64,000 nt of DNA from Camelus dromedarius (taxonomy: Eukaryota): positions 94,366,001 through 94,430,000 of the forward strand of contig NC_087437.1 in the NCBI RefSeq assembly GCF_036321535.1, written 5' to 3'. The position numbers and the translations under genes were made by a program. The notes beneath the pieces were generated by a model. That model saw only the letters and a program-made list of their open reading frames with translations, was not told the origin of the DNA and searched no databases. Below, in pieces: positions 51,386 through 64,000 of this stretch. Numbering within the stretch: position 1 is the first letter of the stretch; each line of letters begins with the position of its first letter.

Positions 51386-54300
51386 TATGTGGAGGGATGT
51401 ATGCAGGAACTTCTTCCAACTCTTGTCGTTTCACATATTTTTCTCTGAGTAGAATGGCTGAATATTCTTTCTCTGTCTGGTAGGCTCATATTTTTAAAGT
51501 GACACACACATATAAAATACTTCTGGAGTTCCCCAGACAGAAATAATGTAGCAGCTTTCTCCTTTTTGGTTCCACAATGCATTGTTCCTATAACTGTAAT
51601 AGGAGTTACGTCAAATAGCAATGTGTAGGCTTGTGTCCCTTCTAAACTATACTATATATAAATTTATTATAGAGCAGTGGTTCTCTCTCTAAAACTGAAG
51701 AATTCGAGGCATATATTGTTTCTATTTGTTTCCTCTGTGCATTTGATTGTGTCTGGAATACAGCTGATACTTAAATTCTTATTTTTGTTGCGTGGATGTC
51801 TGAGATCATGTATCGTTGCGTGTATTCAAGGACTCTGGCGAGTGCTATTCCAGCTTCTATATTTTAATGGTGAGATTGCACATCTTTCTTCTGGGAAATA
51901 GAAAAATATAGTGGTATCTAACACCCTATGACCATCCATGAATGATTCTATGAGTAAGGAAAATTGTTGAATTTGTTATCTGAATAATCAGCTTTTCAAT
52001 ACTTTATAAGTCCTTGCTCATATAATTGTAGACAAAAGTTACAAGATAATTGGAGTATGATTGCTATCCTTAAATATTAAAGAAAAAGAAAAGAGAAAAG
52101 AAAAAGAAGACTTTGGTATCCCAAGAGAGAGAAGAATGATCTTTATTCTTCATTTATGCCTTTACTAGTGTGTACTAGTCCATGTACAGACCACTGGATA
52201 TGTAGATACATACTTAATTCAATGGCCCTTAATTCATGCCCTTGAATATCTTTAGTTTTGTCATCCTACCATGGGTCACACACAGCTTTTTGCTCTTCTG
52301 TGCATAATTTATAGTTTATCTACATAATAGCTAAATTATCAAATACAAACAAAGGATTTTAACTGTTGGATTTTACTAATACCTTTCCTTCGCTTTGATG
52401 GAGATTTATAGAAATTCATATTGAGTTGATTGAATTCATATTTTGAGTAGATAGTAAATTGATTATCCTACACTTAGATTGCAGTGCTATAGAATTATAT
52501 TTTTAATGTGCAGACATCTTTGCACTTAATAGTACAATAATATAGTAAGTTAATTCACATTTATTTGAGAATGCAAGGCACTTTTGTGTATTGAAGTATA
52601 GAATACTGAATGAATTTAAGGAAAATTTAAAATATTAAGCACTGACAGCAAGAAAAATTTTCATGTGATGCACAAAATTAAAAAACTAGCATACTACTTT
52701 GATCTCAAGCACATTTTATTTATTCTTCCTCTTGTGTATGAGAAGTAAAGGCATTCCCACACTTGTGTTCTCTGCCTTCACCGTCAGCCAATGTTTCCTA
52801 GTAGAAAGAAGAATATATCCCCAAGCTACTGCTCAACATATTTAGGCTACATTCCTACATCGGAAAACTCATTAAAAAAAAAAATTCTCCTGTGGACTCT
52901 ACAACAACTAAGTACATTGCAAAATGAATTGTTTGTTTTAGTCATATAATTTTTGATAAAATACACAAATTATTTCATAATACCTGCATGTTATAGTAGT
53001 AATAGTAGCTTTATCATCTAAAAAAGTGAAGATAATTTAATAAAACAGAAAAGACCAGAAAAGAAATGTAGGGCTTTGCCATTTGGTAACATAGCTGTTA
53101 TTTCAAACCAAAACTTTGGAATAAAACTGATTATATTTAAACAACATAATTTAAGCATGCATGCAGATCCATGCTAATACTGTAATTCCACACGTAAAGA
53201 TTATAAATGTTTTATAATTAACCTCTTCCATCTGCTATAAAGATAATACAACTGTGCTTTTTATGATATAGTTGAGATTTATTTTTTTAAATATTTGTAA
53301 TAAGGTATCGCAGGTTTCCCTTTTGTTAATTATTGCTGCATGGCCTCTGAATCTGAATACACCAAACAGCATTTCACCAAGCATATCATTCACTATCAGA
53401 CAATGATTTCTTGAATTCATTTTACTATAATCTGAAGATCTATTTGAAATTTCACCACTATTTGTTGTTATTTGAAATAGTTTATATATGTAAAATGTAT
53501 ATAAAGCTTATTAAATTTTTTTCAAAATAGAAAGTACTAATATATTTGAATCTGACAAAAATCTGCATATAGTTTTCATGGTTATTAAACGGCTATGTAT
53601 CTTATGAGCAGTCAGAAACCTAAGTAATTAAGTGAAAGAAAAGATGAGGACAGGTTTTCCAATCAGATTATCAATAATTTCACATAGTCGTATACTTACT
53701 TATGCTGACAATTTCACATTCTTTCTTTTTTTCTTATGTTTATAGCAATGTTACTTGATCATTTATCCTGTCTCCGGTTTTGTCCCATTATCTGCCATTG
53801 TGTGTTTCCTCTAACTGGTACATGCTTCTTTTATTCCCCCTGAAGTATACTGATTATTGGTTTTGCACATTTCTCAGATATTAGTCCCATCTGACATTTA
53901 GTCATTTTTATCATGCTCAGTTTTTCTGGGATGTCTTTTGGGTTGTGAGGTGACTGTAAATAAATAGAATGATCCATCTGTGACTGCAGAATGTCATACT
54001 CAGAGGAACTATGGCTTCTGATTCTATGATCCCCCTTATTAAGCAGTATAAACTTGGCCCCGCTTCCTGTCATAATACATGTACCGTCAATTTGGCTTGT
54101 AATTTCTTTTCAGTTTTAGCTCCCTAAGATTTCTGCTTCCCCAGTTTCCTCCTTCTGTTATGTAGTTTTGCTTAGAAGTGTACTGTTAACATATAGACTA
54201 TGTAGTTCTCTGTATTAAAAAAAAAGTTCTGATTTCTCTAAGCTTATTAGTGGAGAGTGCTTTTTAAATCTGTATGTGTGTATATAGATATACACATGTT

Positions 54301-57300
54301 TAGAATCCCTGTATTTCCATTTTCAAACTCCTTGTTGGAGTACCAACGTCCTATGTAAGTCCAGATAAATAAAACATATTTCAAAAATAAATTTAAAAAA
54401 AGGACTGAGTGTTCTAAAATTCCTTGAGCACATTGTGCTTCCAGCTCACCCTCTAGTCAAACATTGAAATCTAGAAATATATCTACAAGAGAAATATACT
54501 TGTGTTAAAAAAAAAACAACAATTTGTTAAATGAGAGTGAGTTTATATTCCCTACTTAGGGCTGTATGATCTATGGGCTGAAGTTCTCCTTTGTATAAAG
54601 AAAATAACATTGAAACATAACTTAGAAATTAAATAACAATTTAAGCTCATCTTTTTTATTTAAGAGAGCATAATGATGGACTGATACTACTTTGCATTAA
54701 GAAAATGATATTTAAGTAATATATAAACTAGAAATTACAAGATTTACACTAGTACTCTGTTTATCAATCAAGTCCTTTGCAAATATAAGCTGTCACTGCA
54801 ACAAGTGTATATTTATTGAAATTATTCCTTTAGACTTTCTCTGGTTTTAAAAGCTGTGCTCCATTGTAGGTTCAATGATGGTTCTGAGGTTTTTTGGTGA
54901 TATAAAACATGGAAATTAAGTAAACATATTAGATATAAAATCCCAGAACATTAGAGGTGGAGGAGAATCTGGGGTGGCATTTCTAATCCTGTTACTTTAC
55001 ATCTGAGAAAGTACAGATTCAGAAATGGAAAGTGGATCTGAAGTAGAGGAAAAATGAAGTAGAAATTGATCTAATATAAGCATAAATGTATGTTATAAGT
55101 TGATGATCAAAATGTTTGTTTTGAAAATTCTTTTTATAATCATGTTTTAGAAGATGTTAGAAGACTTGCAAATTAGAAGATGGATCGTAAAAATTTATGG
55201 TTTAAGTACTAAAGCAGTAAAGTGGGCAGAAATTGATGAATAGGAAGCTTGTATCACAAGTTAGTTATTTGTATCTTTCAATGAGTCATCTTAAATAGAA
55301 GACTATTTCTTCCTAAAAATTAATGTAGATTTTTCTTATCTTTTATCTCCACAATTTCACTATTTTTAAGGATTAAAGAGAGTGTGTTAATCACATCTAC
55401 ATTTTACAAATTATACCATTTTATTTCTGGATGGGTGGATAAAATGTTTGGAAAAGGTAGTTTTGAACATTTTTCCCATAAAGTTAGTTTACGATAAACC
55501 TGAAAAAGGGATGAATCCAACCAAATGTCCCACTTTCTTTGGAAACAGGAGAAAATTATACAGATTGACTTGATTATTTAATTTCCTTTTTACTCTTCAC
55601 TATAAAATCCCAAAGTATATTTTTGTATTCTCTTGCCAGTGCATCCATAAAGCAGCACAAAAGCAAATATGAAGCAACTTACAGTATTGCACTTTTATAT
55701 GAATTATAGCTATGTGAAGAAGAATATCTAATTATAAAAAGAAAAACATGGATTCACAATCAGGAGCATTTTTAAGGGGGAAAAAAAGCCATAGATGAAG
55801 AAAAAAAGAATAAATTAGTTTGACCTTAAGGTAATTATATACATATATAATTCGATTGGTCCTTAATGGCCTAATTAATTTCCTTATTATTGTAACGATA
55901 TTCTAATTAACTATACTTAAGTATTATGTTCCAAAAAGAAGGCACATGGCATCTGTTCAATCTTTGCTACCTGTTTTGTTCAAGGGTTTTTACATGGTTA
56001 CCTTGTTTAATCTTTTCCCGAGCTTGTAGAATTGATATTATTACATTCATTTTGAAATATAAAGAAACAAAGGCTTAAAGACACAACCTATAAGAAGCAT
56101 GGGTGGGCTTTGCTCCTACCTCTCTCTGGCTCCAATTTCTTTAAGCTTTACTGCCTTTGTTTTGTTTCCTTTGAATGTGAACGAGTCTCCTTATAGAATG
56201 CTCTGATACATTTGACAGTCAGGGACAACTGTTAGAACTGAAGAATTACATTAATTTATTCGGCCAGTTAAAAAAAAAAAGCAAGAACTGGATTGTATTC
56301 TTTCCAGAGTTGGTAACTGATAATTTACATTAACAAATTAACAATATTCTTTTCTTTAAAAAAGAAAAACACCTTGTAAGTAGTATTCTATTTAGGTGTT
56401 ACATCTCAAAGATACCAATGCTGTGATTAAGAATTTGGTCGCAGCTAGAATATCCCCAGACAAAGCAGGGGCAACCAATGACAATGTGGCGATAAGCACC
56501 TTCTCTGTGACTTAATGGTAGGATAATGGATGGAAGCTGTATGTAAAGCAAAAGCACTCTGAATACTTGCAGGGCCACCTTTTATCCTTCAAACCACAAG
56601 GACACTTAACTAGCACCCTTCTGGCTGAAATAGAAGGTTTGAATAGGAATAATCATTGGATACAATTTATATCCTGGATTATAGAAATGTAGCCATTTAA
56701 GGCATTTACCTTTGGGGGGAGGATATATATTTATATTATGTATGTGTGTCTGAATATATATATATATATGAATGTTTTTTCCTAGTTCATCATTTCAAAA
56801 GATAGCAGGAATTTTTAAATGCAGTAAGTGTATAAATTTTTAATAAAGGGTTCCTTGTTAATATTTTTCTCCACATGTGAGTCATTTTATTGTGGAAATG
56901 GAGAGTGTAAGTTTTCCTTGAGGACAGGGTTTATTTCTTATCAGCCGTTGAGTACACAGCACCTCACATAGGTACTTGCTGCGAGTAAGTGTTTTGTTTT
57001 TATTTTTTTACACAAATACATAGGTGGGTGGTAGCAATGAAACAAAACTCGATCTCAGGAAGAGAAAGTTAACTTTTTGGCAAGATGTTTGCTGAATACA
57101 TGAAACAACAGTGAGCACAAGAGATTTTTAGCATTGGGGACAGTCTTCCTGGTTCTGCTTGATCCTAAAAATATTGCTGGGTTAAAGCCACTCGGTCTCT
57201 GTTAGCATCCTCAAACCCGGCAATGTATGAAGGTCTTTCCCAGCACCAGTGCTTAGGGCAGAAAGCATTTCGTCAGGCACATTTGTTTTTGGAGGAAGCC

Positions 57301-57639
57301 CCTGTAAGAACAATTGCTAATGTTGCAATAGTAATTAGAGTAAGAAATAGCAAGGGAGTCAGAAATAGCTGCGATTTCTGCAGCAAGCCCAGAGAACTTC
57401 TTGTACACAGGCTAATTTTTTAATTCGATAGGGAACAAGAGCTGAACTCTGATAACAGGAAGCAGTCGGTCTGGTTTGGGACAGAAGCTTAAAAAAATTC
57501 TGATCTGAGACACAGAATTAAATGGACTTAATAATTAGAATTAAATAGAAGATCTGGATAGAGAAGTACCAGGAGAAACACGTCTCCATCGCAATGCCCA
57601 CCTAAGTGTTTTACCGGTACCGTAATTAGATGAGTCTGA

Positions 57640-58090
57640 AATTTAACACCGGAACTACTAAATGTCTAATGGTTGGCTGGGGGACACGACCAAGCTGAGA
57701 TGGATTGTTTGGGGCCAAAGGTTCTCTCGTCCTCCAGCAGATTCCTGGAGCTCTTCACCTGGTGGTCTCAGGGTTGCAAAGAGAGCAAGCCCCGAAGCAC
57801 AGTCTGTTCCAGGTGTGCTTGGATCAAGTTTGCTAATGTTTTCCTGATCAAACCAGGTCACATGGCAACCCAGATTCAAAATTTGTATGTATGTGTATGC
57901 ATGACTGGGACATTGTGCTGTACACCAGAAGTTGACACATTATAACTGACTGTACTTAAGTTAAAAAAATTTATAGTAATAACTGGGGAAACAGACTCCA
58001 CTTCTTGACTGGATAATCTGCACTATCTTATTGTAAAGATTTGGTTTTAGAGATGGGAGTGATTTGCAGCCCTTTTCATAATCTACCACA
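57640..58090 (-). mobile_element. Old MLT1-type LTR interrupted by an L1 tip
   Basis: 'ggtcacatggcaacccagattcaa' [insert] 'ggggaaacagactccacttcttga', ending 'aatctaccaca'. Confidence 0.75.
57882..57969 (+). mobile_element. About 90-bp L1 3' tip nested in the MLT1 LTR
   Basis: 'tgtgctgtacaccagaagttgacacattataactgactgtact' matches the reverse complement of the L1 3' ends at 4400-4460 and 44140-44200. Confidence 0.8.
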
Positions 58091-59070
58091 TAGGCTTTTC
58101 AAATCTATCTAGCAGTTATTTTTATACTTTCTATACATGTTAATATGGTCAGTCCTGCTGTGATGTACAGAGTGTTGACTGGTAGAGTGAACTAAGTTTA
58201 ACTTTTGTGCATTAAAAAAAATGCTATCCATTCAAAGTATTGAAGACTAGGTATCCTTTAAAACTTAAAAATTAAAAGGTGGAACGCACTGACATTTATT
58301 TAAGGGATTCCTACATGTAATACTACTTATTTATAGGCCTATTTACGCACATTATGTAAAATCTGAAAATTCACCAGGGTATGCAGTTCAATGTATGAGT
58401 TTCTGTAACAGGATGTGGTAAAGGAGTGCCTTAAATGGGGGTAGTGGAATCTCCTGCAGTGTGTTCAATTTTAGAATTGGTACAATTTACTATTTTTATA
58501 TCACAGTTACCAATTAGAATATTTATATATTTTAAAAATGCTTTGTTATAAAAAGGAGAAATAAATTATATGAGATTGTCAGCATGAACTAGGTCTTTGT
58601 GTTGTTGACACTGCCATTCTGAACTGGATTGTTTTTTCCCCCCAATACATGAAGGTAATTTAAATCTCATGGAATAATCTGGAAACTTGAAATCATTAAA
58701 ACTGAGTGGGCATGATGATACTCCAGATTTAATTATTAATACATTGCTTTGGTGGTATATCCTAGGAAAAACTATTCACATAGACTAATCTATGATCCTC
58801 CTATTGGTGTAAACAGTGAACCGTGGGGCACTGTACCTCCTGTGCCTTAAAGGATGGCTGGTTCTCAGTACATACTCCAGAAGGTTCCTTGAACATCTTC
58901 CAAAAAATCATCTTTTCCTCAGTTTTTTCTTTATTACTTGTCTTTTTGTTTTTAATCTTTGTTTTTAAAATATATTTAAAAAATAATAAATGTTGAAAGA
59001 GTTTATCAATTGAAATATTTCATTTTGCGGCAATTTAGTGAATTAATATCATTCGTATATTGTTTCTTTT

Positions 59071-59122
59071 TCTTTTTCTTTTTTTTTGAAGTATAGTTGA
59101 TTTATAAGGTTGTGTTACTCAC
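59071..59122 (-). mobile_element. Ultra-short L1 3' tip (about 30 bp plus T-tract) with 14-bp TSD
   Basis: 'gaagtatagttgatttataaggttgtgtta' after the T-tract. TSD atattgtttctttt at 59057-59070 and 59123-59136. Confidence 0.85.
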
Positions 59123-62109
59123 ATATTGTTTCTTTTGACATGATGATAATTTCTTGGAGTTCCCCAAACTTGCACTCCCTCTTGAGAACTCAAACCCCAA
59201 CCAGACTATATACAATGACAAGTTGACATGGGGGTAGTATTTGCAGAATTAGCTCCAGAACCACTATTTTTAAAGTATACTTTATTTCTTCTCTTAGTCT
59301 ACACCATCGACCATTAAACCTTTCCCAGATATTCCTCTGACCAGCCGGTTTAGCTGTGGGCTCTCTACTAATTGACTGTTTTAGCAGCTGTTGGCTTTCA
59401 GGATCATCTCACACGTGTGCCAGAGATAAAGATGAATGACTCAAGACTTCAGGCAATGTAATAGCTCTTACCCTTTGTGTAAAACCTTATATTTCCCTGC
59501 CTCAGTTCTATAAAACTTCATACACTAATACATTCTGGTAACAAACATCCATTTTTCTGCAGGCATATTTTTCCCAAACTCAGGGTGATTGTGAGAACAT
59601 GAGAAATTATTTGTGTGTGCCACATTAAGCCACCATGCGTATATGGCTTCCTACTCTCCTGCACAGACAGCTCAAGTAAACCAGGACAGAATTCATTGCT
59701 TTTTCCACAGTGTTCCAGTAGCAAGCGGCACATATCATTCTATAACATGCGTGGCGTTGTGCTGGCTTTATCTATCTGGGGAGTCTGTCTCTTCCAGTAG
59801 ACTGTGAGTAACTTGTAGGCAGGCAACTAATTCCTCAGGACACATTCTGCCTGTGATTGCCTACAAGGGAATGAATGCTAGGAATGCAAATTCTAAATGG
59901 CATTGAATACACAAGGCAATAGCCTAGTATTTTATTATAAAACTCTGAAGCAAAGTATCAAGTCACATTTCCTTTGACTCTTTCCCCCCATTTTTACTCA
60001 AAACAGTGTAATACAATTAGCAAAGCTGATGCACAGATTTCTTGCTAGTCATGGACTCTGTTGTTTATAACTCCAAAGAAAATGATGGCAGTTCTCACAC
60101 CTCTACCTTTTCCCTCTGAGTGTAAATACACCTGCAGATCTTTTATTATTTTCTGACTGGAGGGCTGGTGAATATGCTCAGCGTGTTTGAGCAGTAAACG
60201 TTGGAGGGTAATTGGATCTGCAGGCTAAGGTGATGGGATGTTAAAGTTTTTATGCGTGAGATTTATTTGTATCGTCTCCTTTATATTTGAGAAAAACTCA
60301 GATTTATTTTGGCATTTCCATTCTGGATTTTCAGCCCCTAGTTAATTTTTAATGCCTTTCTGGAGAGTCTCTTACCTCGCATGGTCTTTAAATCTCAGTA
60401 AAATGTTTCTTTTCTTAGTGGGAAAATCGTTTATTGCAGATGCTGGGATTCTGAAATAGCACACTTCTGAATTGAAAGGAAAAACCATCCTATCATTTGA
60501 TTTGGTGTGAAACGTACTCAATTATTCAAGAGAGTCTGCTGAAAAAATAAAATTGGCCCTGCGAAACTTTTCAGTGTTCTCCAGGATGAACAGTCCCCTC
60601 TGGCTCACTTGAAGAAATAAATTGTCAGTCTTCAAAGGGGTCCTAGGGCAATCTCTGACCAAGCAGATGGCTAAGAGGCTGGTTTCCTTTGGGGGTGTGG
60701 AAGTTGGATGGAATAAGATGCGGAGATAGGTGGCAAAAGGAGGAACTAATTCAAGTCATACAGAATTAAAAAAAAAAAGACGCCGACGAAGATCCTGGGA
60801 TTGTAGAAAGACTCCAGGGAGGAGTAATGAAAGCGGGCTCATTCCTGTGGCATTTGTCATCGCTTGAGCTGAAAAGCCCTGACAGCCTTGTCATGTGTGT
60901 TTCTTGTGCTTAGCTCTGCCAGGTGATTTTCTGAATCACTTGCTTTCTGACAGACCTGTTCAAAAACACTGTAGGGTGTCCCACAGGTGGGATTTGTTGA
61001 TAGAACAAAGAACATCTGTTATATTTTTACACTTCTGACTTTAAACAATGAGCTGGCTTGGCGGGGGAGGAAAGTGACTTGTTTGTCCATTGACTGCCTC
61101 TCGTCTCCCAAGCCCTAAGAAAGTTAAGCTCTAGGGAACTTTTCTCTCACTCACTTCTGTGTGCAGTTACTAATGTCTGGTGTGTGGTAGGCACTCAATA
61201 ATGTTCGTTGATTAATTAACATATGAATTAGTTAATCTTTGTCTCTCCTCCGGCTTCAGCACAGGTAGGCTTAGGTTAGGTTAGGTCATCCAACTGGTGC
61301 AGGGGTTTTATTTACACATTTAGAAAATATTGATGGTGCCATGGTCTTTTTCAATTCTGGATACTGTTTTCTTTCTCTCTCCTCCACTCCCTTTGTCCTC
61401 CGTTTTGCTGAGTTCACAACTAACACCCTGCTTTCTATAAGAAGGCTTTTCTAAACTTCTTCATGTCATAGAGAGTGCCCCTGATGGCCCCTGATAGGAC
61501 TGTCTGTATTTCGGATGCCTTCTCTTAGTGAACAATATTATCTGTGAAGTTAACCATGTATGTTTTCTTGGCCACTGAATTTTCCCTAGTATTTAGTTTG
61601 GTACCTGGATGTAAAAGCAAATCAAGAAATACATTTGAATGAATGAAACAGTACACACAATATTTTTGATACTAAATTTTTTTTGGAGACTAGAAGCAGA
61701 AAAAGACAAACAATTGAAACATATTCAGTTCAGAATGACACTGAACACAGGTTGCTCATCCAGTTCTCCAGATTACCTGCGAGTGAAGTAGGTTAATAAT
61801 TCAGGGACATTGCCATTAACTTAATGCCTGCTGAGTCACAGAGATGGAACTATATATTGAGGGAAACCTTTGGAGCTCAGCTATAAATCACCTGGTAGTT
61901 ATTAGTATATGGATGTATTTAAGGCTATATTTATGGTCATTACTCATAACTAGACCATGGGGTGGAATCCTGGACCTCAAAGTAGTCTGCTACGGAACAT
62001 CACTTACACAGCGCACTGACCTGTTAGACGGGGAGGCACTGGCCACTTTGAGGAGGTGCATGCAGCCAGCACAGGATGAATGACACACATAGAGAGTTAG
62101 GATTTTTTG

Positions 62110-62760
62110 GTCTAAGTTATCATCATCTCTTGCTTGTATTGCTAGAAGTAATAACCTCATAACTGGCCCTAGTGTTTCCATTTTAGCCCCTTCTCACCAT
62201 AGTCAGTTCTCACCACAGCAGCCAAAACTATTTATTTTAATAATGAAAACAAGATCATATTTTAATTGAAAATTCCTGTGTATCCACTTTGCAGTTAGAA
62301 GAAAGTGGAAACTGCTTGCCTTTTCCTTGCAGCCTTCAAATGATGGAGGTACCCCTAGCCCTCTAGCCTCACTCCCACCAGGCTCTCCTCGCATTTATTC
62401 CATGTCCGCTTCACAAGCCTGCTCTGTGCCTGGAACACACCAGGCTCTTCCATGCTTCGGTCTTTGTGGCTGTTCTTACCTCTACCTGAGCTATTTCTCA
62501 CCAGATTTTCACCGGGGTGATTTTTTCCCCGTCATTCAGATCTCAAAGAAAACTTGACTACCCCTCTGTCACACTCGCCTAAGCTTTCTCTACCTCATTT
62601 ACTTATTTTATTACACACAAGCGCGCGCGCACACACACACACACAAATGGGAGCTCCACAGAGAACAAATTCTTCACTTCTTTCTAACATCTCTATTTCC
62701 TTTATTATAATTTGAAGTGCTCAATACAAAATCAGTGGGTAAATAAATACTTGAATGGAT
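62110..62760 (+). mobile_element. L2 LINE 3' portion
   Basis: 'aataacctcataactggccc...ttctcaccacagcagcca', 'gtcattcagatctca' and tail 'aataaatacttgaatg'. Confidence 0.7.
62621..62645. repeat. (GC)5(AC)n alternating purine-pyrimidine tract
   Basis: gcgcgcgcgcacacacacacacaca, directly visible. Confidence 0.95.
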
Positions 62761-63124
62761 CTATGGGCCTTTGATTTGAAGTGTCAGGCATTTTTACCAA
62801 AAAATTCATTTGAATTGACAGCAATGACATCCCCAAGATATCTCTTCGCTTTAAAGTTAAGGAAAGTAACGTGCAGGAGTGGGATGACTTTCTCAGAATA
62901 ACAGAGCAGAGCAATCATTTGAGCACAGGTCTGTCTGAATGGAAATTTCTGCTCTCTCTGCTCCACTCCAGACGGTCTGTTTCAGTAGGAATCAGCATGC
63001 AGTCTAACAAAGAAAGGGGATCATTTGCAGAGATATATTTAGACACTCTAGATGAACTTAGTAAAAGAATTCCTTATTGGGCTACTAATGTTATCTAAAT
63101 AAGTTTTGATATTTTAAATGCCTA

Positions 63125-63414
63125 TCCAAATACTTCCAGGTATAAGATAAGTAAGTCCTGGTGATATAATGTACAGCATGGTGACTGTTACTCTACTGTA
63201 TATTTGACAGTTGCTAAGGGAGTAGATCTTAAAAGTTCTCATCACAAGAAAGAGAATTGTAACTATGTGTGATAATGAAGGTTAACTGAACTGACTGTTG
63301 TAGTCATTTCACAATATATACATGTTCCAAACCATTATGTTGTGCACCCAAAACACACACAGTGTTGTATGTTCATTATACCTCATGACAATTTTATTAA
63401 AATGAATAAATAAA
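63125..63414 (+). mobile_element. L1 3' terminal fragment (L1MA9/L1_Art-like) with candidate TSD
   Basis: 'gatataatgtacagcatggtgact...gagtagatcttaaaagttctcatcacaag' and a (TAAA)n tail. taaatgccta at 63115-63124 and 63415-63424. Confidence 0.88.
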
Positions 63415-63449
63415 TAAATGCCTACTTGACGTAAATAATTACCTTAATC

Positions 63450-63978
63450 CAGTGCTTCTCGAATTGAATTTGCACACAAACCAACTGAGGATCTTGACAA
63501 AAACACTCATCCTTCCAGGTGGTGCAGACGGTGGCTGCATCCACCTATGCTTTTTGAGGAGCAAAGGCCAAATGGGCATTACTTGACACTTAAATCTCAC
63601 GTGGCCTATCCAGCGTGATTAGAAGAAGGGCTTTAATGGAGGAAGACGTTGTTCTGACTTAGAACAGTGGTTCGCAAGCTTTGTTGCATAGTAGAATCAC
63701 CTGGGGAGCAGTCCAAACTCCCAGGAACCAGCTCGCACCCAGATCAATTGAATCAGTCTCCCAGGGTACCCAGGGAAGGCTGTTTTGAAAGCTCCGTAGT
63801 TACTCCACTGTGGTTGCGGATACTTGCTGCTCTACGTGTGGTCAGACCAGCAGCTTTGACATGGGAGCTTGTTCGAAAGTGAAGACTCAGGCCCCAACCC
63901 AGACTACTGAGGTCTTGGCTGCCTTCCAAAAGGACCCCAGGTAATTTGCGTATACTTTAAGATTTTGAGAAGTACTGG
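63450..63978. mobile_element. Cluster of three MER5-like hAT MITEs (about 63450-63565, 63665-63820, 63820-63978)
   Basis: Termini 'cagtgcttctc', 'cagtggttcgcaa' and 'ttgagaagtactg'. Internals 'tagaatcacctggggag' and 'ctcaggccccaacccagactactga'. Confidence 0.8.
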
Positions 63979-64000
63979 CTTAGAGCAAGAGGGGTTTTGT

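Noticed and set aside
61271..61286. (TTAGG)3 telomere-like repeat
   Set aside because: Only three units, and not the vertebrate TTAGGG. A chance microsatellite.

Overview
This is AT-rich, CpG-depleted mammalian nuclear DNA, most likely camelid: it has two tRNA-derived SINEs of the Vic-1 type and artiodactyl-type L1 3' ends. I can support no protein-coding exon. The only ORFs with recognisable homology are broken LINE-1 ORF2 C-terminal fragments. The main functional element is a bipartite CpG island (about 35850-37860). It has a CCAAT/octamer/TATA-like promoter arrangement and a strong + strand splice donor at 36310|36311, so it is probably the 5' end of a large gene or lncRNA that I cannot name. 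The rest is interspersed repeats: young and ancient L1, L2, MIR, MLT1/LTR33 LTRs, MER5/MER3/MER33 hAT MITEs and microsatellites. Repeat families were assigned by eye from remembered consensus sequences, and boundaries of old elements are approximate. I see no convincing novel multi-gene system. Four oddities stand out: an in-register old/young L1 chimera (42030-43410), three L1 insertions 5'-truncated at nearly the same ORF2 position, a perfect 21-bp inverted repeat with TA-CAG...CTG-TA ends (20796-20881), and an isolated perfect 24-bp direct repeat 2455 bp apart.
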